NCBI GenBank assembly: GCA_020137815.1 | Contig: CM035351.1 | Span: 558,001-622,000 of the forward strand | Reading direction: 5' to 3' | From: Hormiphora californensis | Taxonomy: Eukaryota > Animalia > Ctenophora | DNA: 64,000 bases | Shown here: positions 55,449 to 64,000 of the stretch, in pieces | How positions within the stretch are numbered: the first letter of the stretch is position 1 | Layout of the letters: each line of letters starts with the position of its first letter | Notes under the pieces: generated by a model | Seen by the model: only the letters and a program-made list of their open reading frames with translations | Told to the model about the DNA's origin: nothing | Database searches by the model: none | Position numbers and translations under genes: made by a program

Positions 55449-55620
55449 CAGTCGGACCCCGATTTACCGGGCCCCGATTTACCGGAACCCCGATTTACCG
55501 GGAGGATAAATTTCCCCCGATCTAGGAAATTAACGGTATTTGACCCCGATATACCGGACACCCCGATTTACCGGGCAAAACCCTTTCCCCCGAGCATCCC
55601 GGTAAATCGGGGTCCGACTG
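55449..55620. mobile_element. 172-bp Tc1/mariner(pogo)-type MITE
   Basis: TA|CAGTCGGACCCCGATTTACCGGG ... CCCGGTAAATCGGGGTCCGACTG|TA; the empty site is visible in the opposite arm at ~50256-50280. Confidence 0.92.
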
Positions 55621-55633
55621 TAACCTAACTTAA

Positions 55634-56102
55634 AGTGAGAGTGGACCGGATCAGAATTGGACAAGTTTGTTGTAGGTAGTAGAGATTAGCTTTCCGAGCA
55701 TTTTGCGTTTTTGCCGCTCAAAATCGACCCACCCATCACAGAGATATTTTTGTTATGTTGGGAGAATTCCTGCTGGATCAATATTTATCAAACAGGATAG
55801 AAACAATCCTTGTGTTTTACTAACACATTCTTTAAATTTTTGATATGCTGGCTTGCATTGCCCTGCTTCTGTGCATGGACATGTCAACCTCACTGCTTAT
55901 ATTCAGAATGTGTTAGTAAAACACCACGATTGTTTCTATTCTGTTTTATACATACTGATTAAACAGGAGTTCTCCCAACATAACAAAAATATCTCAGTGA
56001 TGGGTGGGTCGATTTTGAGCGGCAAAGACGCAAAATGCTCAGAAAGCTAATCTCTACTACCTACAACAAACTTGTCCAATTCTGATTCGGTCCACTCTCA
56101 CT
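55634..56102. mobile_element. Palindromic Kolobok/T2-like MITE
   Basis: TTAA|AGTGAGAGTGGACCG ... CGGTCCACTCTCACT|TTAA. Confidence 0.9.
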
Positions 56103-56924
56103 TTAACTATATCTACATAAAAAAACCCTGTTTTCATACATGATCCTGTTTTCATACATGATCCTGTTTTCATACATGATATATATGAGTAGTTGGATAC
56201 GAGTATGAGTGTAACTTCTACACCGAGGTGGTAATGTGTGTTGTAAGTCACCCAGGGGTTAGGCAACTACAACGTAACCGTGGTATGTGAGAGAAGACCC
56301 ACACCCTATAACACGGGTGCCATTCTTTGCCACGGATCTGGACCAGTTCAAGGTCGAGATACCTGGACCCATACATACCCCTGCTTTGTATGGCTGACCA
56401 CCTACAATTTCCCACCTTCACCTACTTCAGGCACCCATTTTTCTCCCGTCTTCGAGGCGTCGCATTGTACACCCACAGTTCACCGCCATATATCAGCCAT
56501 AACCAGTGATACTCCTTTAAATTCAACTGCTTTACCCAAGTATTAACATCCACATCACGCAAGTCAAAACCTCATTTTGTCATTCTCTCTTTCGTAGAAC
56601 GCAGGGCCATTCTAAGCATATCAGGCAGGCTCTACTGCCACCCAATCACAGCAAAGTCCAGGCTGTGGATGGTCTTAACTCATATGACTCGTTCGCAAGA
56701 CATCCTAGGCTAGGGTGTATTAATCTACCACCCGGCTGAGGGTGGAAGTAAACTCATCTCAGATGAGTCAACTGGTAATATTGTAGCCCTTGACCCTTCG
56801 GGTCACCTTCACAATCAAATTAATTCTACAGCCTCCGGAGTGACGACAATAGGCACCTACAACACGTGAAATCCGGGGGTCCGACTATTGGTTAGGAACA
56901 CCGTTTGTATAAAAGATTATGAAC

Positions 56925-57220
56925 ATCACCCCGAATTGACCCCGAAATGATCCCCAATTGATCCTGTAGCACTCCAAAATGAGGTCCCAAATTGACCCCG
57001 AAATGATCCAAAATTGACCCTGAAATGATCCCGAAGTGACCTGGAAATGACCCCGAATTGATCCTATAGCACTCCAAAACGAGGTCCCGATTTGACCCCA
57101 AATTGATCCCGAATTGCTCCTGTAGCACTCCAAAACGAGGTCCCAAAGTGACCCTGAATTGACCCCGAAATGATCCCGAAGTGACTCCAATTCCGAAGTG
57201 ACCCCGAACTCCGAAGTAAT
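56925..57220. repeat. Tandem repeat of 11-bp TGACCCCGAAA-like subunits with a higher-order TAGCACTCCAAAACGAGGTCCC unit
   Basis: Read directly. Confidence 0.8.
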
Positions 57221-57663
57221 TTAAATGTTTGAGATCTAATAATCTAATAACTCATTTTTAAATTTACAATTAAACTTGGTCAAAATGGTAAAATATTTTA
57301 GGAAATTGTTTTCCGTAAATACGACTACCATATTTATTGATAAAAGTTACAAGTACTCATACTTGTATCGGTTTATTGCTCTCCAGTGCTCTCCAGTGAC
57401 TCTCCGCTCAATACGCATATGAGTAGTTTCATACGATTATGAGAACTTTCAAAAATTGCAATATTTTCATCGACCTAGCCTTCATACGAGTATGAGTACT
57501 TTTTCTACAAGTACTCATACTCGTATTTGCCTATATACGCGTATGAGAACTTTCATACGAGTATGAGTAGTTTTTGATACGAGTATGAGTACTTTACTCA
57601 TACTCGTATCAAAGTCCTCATACTCGTACGAGTATGAGTACTTCATACGCGTATGAGTAGATT

Positions 57664-57713
<50 letters not shown>

Positions 57714-57857
57714 GAAGAGAGAGAAACACGATAACAAACAAGTGAGAATATTGAGATTTAAAAAAGAGGACGCTAAGGTGAGAAAAAAGGGAGGTTCAAA
57801 AAGAGTGGCACCAGATGTGGCGCCTACAAACGATACTGTTATACTTGGGGGAAGAAA

Positions 57858-57925
57858 GTAAACAACCAATCAGAACTCGTTATTTAGGTCACGTGACTGG
57901 TTATCAGCCAATCAGGGACCAGTAT
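57858..57925 (+). mobile_element. Second copy of the intron-forming short repeat core
   Basis: GTAAACAACCAATCAGAACTCG...GGACCAGTAT flanked by direct repeat TATACTTGGGGGAA (57840-57853 / 57925-57938). Confidence 0.85.
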
Positions 57926-59738
57926 ATACTTGGGGGAACAGAAGAAAGGGGCTGGGGGTTGTATATAACAGAGTATTATAGAGGAGGGAAGGAAGGGTGG
58001 TATAAATATAGCAGATCTGATGATACATTATACAAGGTGGCCCATAAATTATGATAGCGGGGGAAGAGCCGTACCTCCAAAACGGTGATAGTTGTGCAAA
58101 AAAAACTACGGGAACATACTGGAACAATTCCTGGACGGCTTTTTGCAAATTATGAAATTTTTATTCAAAAGTTCATTTTTCATTCATGAATTTTCTACAT
58201 GTTCATTAATGAATTAAGGACTCTAATTTACCGAGAGTGGGTTGTATATAACAGAGAAGAGTATTATTATAGAGGAGGGAAGGAAGGGTGGTATAAATAT
58301 AGCAGATCTGATGATACATTATATATGAATCTTACACCAAATGCACACAGTGAGATGTATAATATATGACAGTGAGATGTTGGGTTATCTATCACTCACT
58401 CCCACCACACACACTGACCAACACACACTCAGAATGTATGTGTTTCCCTGTGTGGGTGTGTAGAAAGAAGAATATATGTAAATTACTGATGCGAATGAGT
58501 GTCAGACAGAGCGAGATAGAGAAATAGTGACAGACAAAAAGAGAAAGGAAGAGAGAGAATGACAGACAGAAAGAGAGAGGGAGAGAGTGTGACAGACAGA
58601 AAGAGAGAGAGAGAGAGAGAGAAATAGACAGAGAGCGAGAGAGAAATGGTAACACACAGAGTATCCTCTCAGAGTGACAGACAGAGAGTAAGGGGTAGAG
58701 AGAGTGCAAGAGAAAGAAGGAGTGACAGACAGAGGGCTGATGTAGGGGGAGAGAGGAAGAGAGAAAGAGAGAGTGTAAGAGAAAGAAAGAGTGACAGACA
58801 GAGGACTGTTGTAGGGGGAGAGAGAAAGAGAGTGTAAGAGAAAGAAAGAGTGACAGACAGAGGGTAGGTACACGAAAACAATTTACCACGAGTGACGTGG
58901 GGAATCGTAAAATGCGTTTTTTCTTTGCAGTTCGCTAATTATCAGAGAAAACTAAAGAGGGAATGTAATGGAGAGAGACGCTAGGAAGACAGAGAGAAAG
59001 AGAGCTAGAAAGACAGAAAGGATAGAGATAGAGATAGAGAGAGGGAAAGAGAGAGAGCGAAAGATAGAGAGAGATAGTTGTGCCATCTGAAGAGAGAAGA
59101 GGACAAACCGCAATCCACTACGGACCACACACATACCTGAGATCGTGTCAGTGTGGCTTCACTCTTATATCCATGGCACACTAAATGAGAGAGAGTGTGT
59201 GGTTAATGCAAGGGAAGTTTCCCTAAAATAATATGTTTTGGAGAATCCCCGGATTTCAATTTAAAGGGAAATTGGTGGTGAGTAAACTGATTGGTCAATT
59301 TTTAAATACTATCACTCAGCGGCGGATTGGAAGTTGACCCAAGTGAAACTGCTCAAAACCACTTTTTCTTCAATTCTGGGAATTCACTGGTTTAGAGATT
59401 TTAGGACAGGTAATATGTTACTCATTGACCTTTTTGGCACTTTCGTAACCAATCACATATTACAGAATTTAGTAAGGAAGGGTATTCGGTCATAATTATT
59501 ATTCGGTCATGACCAATAGGGAACTGGAAAACCTAACAAGAACAACTAAAACTTTCATGTAGACTAGCTGTGCAACTCCCGTCATTGCCAAGGCCCCCGA
59601 AATGTTCATGGGCTGGCATACATCTGTGGCCTGAAGCCTGCAAAGTATACTCAGGATAGGGCCAGGCATAATGACGGAAAATTAATTTGAGATATGTCCT
59701 CAGGATGTTGAGACCGCCCGTAGGGGCAGGCAGAAGTT

Positions 59739-60797
59739 ATGACGGAGAAACTCAATACCTCTGATGCAGATGCCGATCCACTGGAATGCTGGGGTTTGTC
59801 GATGATGGAAAAACTTCGTTGTGCAGTAGAGGACGTTTTTTATATCAAGAACGGGCTCAAACAACCAAGTGAACAACAGGTTGATGGAGTATTGTCCAAG
59901 TTATTGGATTCTAGTTTGTATGATGATCCTGAGCAGTATATTGAGGACGCACTGCCGAAAGACTCCGAAATGAGAAAGTATAATGTTGATCGTTTCATGG
60001 CTTTCACCGAGAACCTCTCTCGTCATATTTTTCGGATAGTGAGAGAAATAGGACCAGTTATGAAGGAGAAACGTCTGTATGCAACTGCCCGAATGAAAGA
60101 ACGCCTGGAACTAGAGGAGTGTAATCAGAAGCTCAAGGAGGTACAAGAAGAGCTTGGCACTTTTAAGGAAGAAATCGACAAACATCGGGTATCAAGGATT
60201 GAACTGCAAGAGAAGCTGATTGAAGCACAAAATACTTTGATTGAAGTACAAGGTCGGAAACTTAGTTCAGTGTCAGAGTCTGTTCAGAAGCAATTGCAGG
60301 GCTACTCCAAGGTGCTTGTACAGAATTGCTCTGCAGCTATTACACCATCCCGCCTCCAAGCAGCATTGAAGAAAGCGACTGTACCGCATCCAAGTACAAC
60401 CGCGGAAGAAGCAACTCTTGATCGCAAGTTGAATTTGGTTATATTTGGGCTGCCAGAAACTACGGCAAGGGCTACTGAGCATGAAGTTCAGGATATCTTT
60501 GGAGAGCTCAATGAAAAACCAGTCATATCTTCTACAAAGCGTATTGGCGAAAAGACTGATAACCGACCGAGACCAGTAATTGTTACACTTGAAAGGAGGG
60601 AAACTTTGTTACAACTTCTAAGAAAAGCAAAACAGCTCCGAGATTCAGAGAAATTCTCCTCGGTGTTTCTCTCCCCCGACCTAACACCGGAGGAGCAGCG
60701 AGAGCGGAAAACTCTCGTTGATACAGTGAAAGGACTGAGGCGAGACAATCCGAATGGACGATACTGGGTTAGCAGGGGGGTAATTAAATGTGGCTGA
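59739..60797 (+). CDS. LINE-type ORF1-like protein (coiled coil plus RRM/CTD-like region), intact, with no ORF2 downstream
   Basis: 352 aa intronless; heptad region followed by RKLNLVIFGLPE, RIGEK..RPRPVIV, LRKAKQLR, VFLSPDLTPEEQRERK. Confidence 0.82.
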   Translation: MTEKLNTSDADADPLECWGLSMMEKLRCAVEDVFYIKNGLKQPSEQQVDGVLSKLLDSSLYDDPEQYIEDALPKDSEMRKYNVDRFMAFTENLSRHIFRIVREIGPVMKEKRLYATARMKERLELEECNQKLKEVQEELGTFKEEIDKHRVSRIELQEKLIEAQNTLIEVQGRKLSSVSESVQKQLQGYSKVLVQNCSAAITPSRLQAALKKATVPHPSTTAEEATLDRKLNLVIFGLPETTARATEHEVQDIFGELNEKPVISSTKRIGEKTDNRPRPVIVTLERRETLLQLLRKAKQLRDSEKFSSVFLSPDLTPEEQRERKTLVDTVKGLRRDNPNGRYWVSRGVIKCG

Positions 60798-61590
60798 CCT
60801 GCTACATGTAATTTGTACTCTAAAGAGACTTCAAAAGGAACCTTATGACTATCAATTTAGCCCACAAAAAGGGGCAGTATATGTTGTATTTTATCCAATG
60901 TATACATTTTAGATTTAATCCATATAATAAATTCCAAAATGTTAGTCCGATAATTGTTTTCTCCCTACTCCTCCTACAGTTTTTGAGCTAGACCCCTGAA
61001 AATTTGTACACTGGTACTTTGGACCAAGGCGGGTGTAAGTACGGGCTCAGATTTTTGATCCGATCTTTACAACAGTGACGTCACGGGGTGACGTCATTGC
61101 GCCAAAAATACTTACATTTTTCAAACGCTTCTAAGACCCTGAAAACGGCTCTAAATCAAAAAACTAACGCAATAGTGGGGAAAGAGAATCGTTTGAACTT
61201 CATTTTACATGATAGCGATTTCCCGTAACTCAATGTTTAAGGGTCGTAAATCGCGTCGGGAAAGTTAAAAATGCCAAAAATACGATATTTTTCACCGTAG
61301 CCACCCAAAATCTTATCCAATCGATATGAAACTTGGTCGTTATGTGAACTTTAATGTCCTTTGGCCAGGGGTTCCCGGAAAACGGATTGGCAAGATGAGA
61401 ACTGACCGGAGTTCTTATAATTCTAAATTTTTTTTTGAAAATTCACTAACCCCAACACCGATTGGCATCACTTTCCAACAGCCGAAGAGAAGCTGCCGAA
61501 GAGAGAAAGGGGGTAACCGTATGAAGAGTTAATCGCGATGAGTCTCATTCACATTGGGTTCGATCATTTGCCCCCGGTGTTGGGGTTAGT

Positions 61591-62560
61591 AATAAATAAA
61601 TAAATAAATCTTAAAATCACTCACTCAAATAATCAATAAATCTTACAAATAAAATCTCACACATGATTCAGATATTGAAGTCAATGCTACCGAGTCCTAC
61701 TGGGGTGTATTTAATTCGACACCCCCTCAGAGATCTCAATGTTGCGATTAGTAAGCAGAATCTCAGCCTCCTTCTGATAGCTGCCAACGCCTCGCTGTAC
61801 ATCTCTCCATGCTTGTCCTCGATGTGTCTGGCTGTCTTCTTCATCGCCCTGTCCATTTCTGGGCCAACACCACCTGTTGTTGTAAACACCAGTGGAGAGA
61901 AGGTCCCGCCCTCTACAATCTGCACTCGTCTCATGTAGCACGTCTTCTTGGACTTTTCGTGATTTTTGTACAGAGATGATGGCTTGATGTTGAGATATGA
62001 AGCTGCCATCGGGTGACAGACTCTGACATCCATGTAGGACATCTGGTCCGGAGCCCACAATCCCATGCAAACGATGTCCATACGGGCGTCTCTATCTGTA
62101 TTTGCCCAAGGATACTGCTGCATTTCTTGGTCGTAATCCTCACATGGTTGTAAGAGTTTTTCAGTTTCTATAGACCTGACACCAGCGTAGGATAAGATAT
62201 CAGCAAAGTTGTCTCTCAGGCGGTCGTGTCTGTAGATTGTGTAACCACCTTTGTGACAGGACAATGCGTGATCGGCACTGTTACTGGACCCACATGGGCA
62301 TTTGGCGGGGAGATCAAGAAACGGTAATCCAAATCGAAGGTGCATCGCATCGACAAACTCTTGTTTGGTCAGGTGATGTCCATGTGCTTCGATGGGTCTT
62401 GCTGTCAGCCAAGATGATGCCCCGGGCTCTTGGTTTAGTGAATGTAACCGGTTCTCCGTGTCAGTCATCTTTTCTTTCAGGGATTTCATCTGGACAAGAT
62501 GTCTTTCAATTGTTCTTTCTTCGCATTCCTTGGTTCTTTCTCTGGTGATCTTCTCGATTC
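61591..62560 (-). mobile_element. 5'-truncated CRE-clade (REL-endonuclease) non-LTR retrotransposon
   Basis: Frame open from the 62560 junction to the stop at 61668: GASSWL, EFVDAMHLRFG, CPCG..DHALSC..GG...RHD zinc knuckle, RMDI..GLW...DVRV.HP, HEKSKK..Y, FSPLVFTTTGG; T-rich 3' UTR with (TTTA)n. Confidence 0.88.
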
Positions 62561-62966
62561 AATTCACGAATTTGGAATTTTTCGTCGACTTTTTTTGGCG
62601 ACATAAAACGCGAGGAAATTTTCAATGAATTTTAAAATTTTACACTGCGCGCGTAATTCTAGGTTCCGCGCGCGGCGTAATGATTTACCCGCCTCGCCAA
62701 AATTGTAATGGCCGTTTTTTCAAAAACCCAAGGTGATAAAGGTCCTCCCAAACTATTATGTCCCTTGCTGCGCGCGACCGGATTTTAGACAGCCATAGCT
62801 CCACCCCCTGATGAGATAGAGACTTGAAATTTGTTTTGTGAGGAGATCATGTCGAGTTCTTCCTACAAAACAAATTTCAAGTCTTTATCTCATCAGGGAG
62901 TGGAGCTATGACCGTGGGAAATTTCACAAAACCCGAGTGAGGGACATAGTAGTTTGGGGAGTACTT

Positions 62967-63290
62967 TAGTAGGAGCGGTTAGATCACCACGTGGTTAAAG
63001 TCGCATGCCACCCCTTTTTGCGCATTGTCATAGCTCCTCGAGGTCGCATCCAATCATTATCAAGAAATGTCCCTCAAGTTTTCGCTTCTCCTTGACTGTC
63101 TGGCGGCGCCAGACCCCAATTTGAGCGACAGTGCGCTCAGATGGGTCGCGGCGCCAGACAGCTCCTTGAGGAGATCTACAGGTTTGATGAAGGTCACTTA
63201 TGGATTGGATGCAAAATGAAGCCGTGAGAGTAACCTGAGATTAGGGTGGCGCGCGACTTTCTGCACGTGCTGATCTAACCGCTCCTACTA
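62967..63290. mobile_element. Palindromic MITE; an adjacent separate hairpin lies at ~62737-62968
   Basis: TAGTAGGAGCGGTTAGATCA ... TGATCTAACCGCTCCTACTA. Confidence 0.75.
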
Positions 63291-64000
63291 TGAGACTCAT
63301 TGCAAGGAACAAACAAATTATCTTTTTAAAATCAAACACAAATGTCACCGGTTATATGAGGATAAATTACCATTTACCAGGTCACGGGTTCTATTCCCAG
63401 CAAACGGGTACTCTATAATCCATATAATAAATTCCAAAATGTTAGTCCGATAATTGTTTTCTCCCTACTCCTCCTACAGTTTTTGAGCTAGACCCCTGAA
63501 AATTTGTACACTGGTACTTTGGACCAAGGCGGGTGTAAGTACGGGCTCAGATTTTTGATCCGATCTTTACAACAGTGACGTCACGGGGTGACGTCATTGC
63601 GACAAAAAGACTTACATTTTTCAAACGCTTCTAAGACCCTGAAAACGGCTCTAAATCAAAAAACTAACGCAATAGTGGGGAAAGAGAATCGTTTGAACTT
63701 CATTTTACATGATAGCGATTTCCCGTAACTCAATGTTTAAGGGTCGTAAATCGCGTCGGGAAAGTTAAAAATGCCAAAAATACGATATTTTTCACCGTAG
63801 CCACCCAAAATCTTATCCAATCGATACGAAACTTGGTCGTTATGTGAACTTTAATGTCCTTTGGCCAGGGGTTCCCGGAAAACGGATTGGAAAGATGAGA
63901 ACTGACCGGAGTTCTTATAATTCTAAATTCACGAATTTGGAATTTTTCGTCGACTTTTTTTGGCGAGGAAATTTTCAATACAATGAATTATAAAATTTTA

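Larger units (their letters stand above)
49130..57668. mobile_element. ~8.5-kb compound foldback element built around TACTCATAC(T/C)(C/T)GTAT motifs
   Basis: Imperfect termini CTCTCGAA..TACTCATACGCGTATG / CATACGCGTATGAGTA..TTCGAGAG; inverted pairs 50020-50230/56180-56400, 50250-51000/54695-55440 and 51000-52500/53020-54530; direct copy 50480-51020 = 52500-53040. No transposase ORF. Confidence 0.75.
60917..64000 (+). mobile_element. Head-to-tail tandem copies of an interspersed repeat, possibly a non-autonomous Helitron
   Basis: 60917-61430 plus 62561-62640 recur near-identically at 63417-64000; junction CCCAGCAAACGGGTAC|TCTATAATCCATATAATAAA resembles a Helitron 3' hairpin joined to a 5' TC end. 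Confidence 0.5.

Noticed and set aside
59138-59181. Possible far-upstream PDE8 exon (CHGYKSEATLTRSQ, good GTATGT donor)
   Set aside because: Plausible splice sites but no recognisable homology; cannot be supported without cDNA.
59578-59678. Hairpin with CGAAA and CTGAAG, hammerhead-like
   Set aside because: No CTGANGA core in the required position; only an imperfect inverted repeat is supported.

Overview
Intron-rich eukaryotic (animal) DNA with no prokaryotic features. It is probably a ctenophore (Pleurobrachia-like); this comes from recalled interspersed repeats, not from a search. Genes reconstructed by hand from GT-AG exons: an adhesion-GPCR-like extracellular region (minus, runs off the left edge); an M1 aminopeptidase (APN-like, minus) whose introns host a papain-family protease with two ShKT-like domains and an intronless secreted Cys-rich ORF; an inverted, diverged partial second copy of the aminopeptidase next to an N gap; and a PDE8-type phosphodiesterase (REC-PAS-catalytic, minus). 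The rest is packed with palindromic non-autonomous DNA transposons (TTAA/TCAA, TA and 8-bp TSD types), an 8.5-kb compound foldback, Helitron-like repeats, a solo LINE-type ORF1 and a truncated CRE-like retroelement. The most striking pattern is that at least nine splice junctions are locally re-duplicated into their own introns, from a single extra copy up to a ~4.4-kb satellite whose unit is the exon end plus GT donor. In addition, one protease intron appears to have been created by a short repeat supplying GT plus a 17-bp exon duplication supplying AG (Introner-like).
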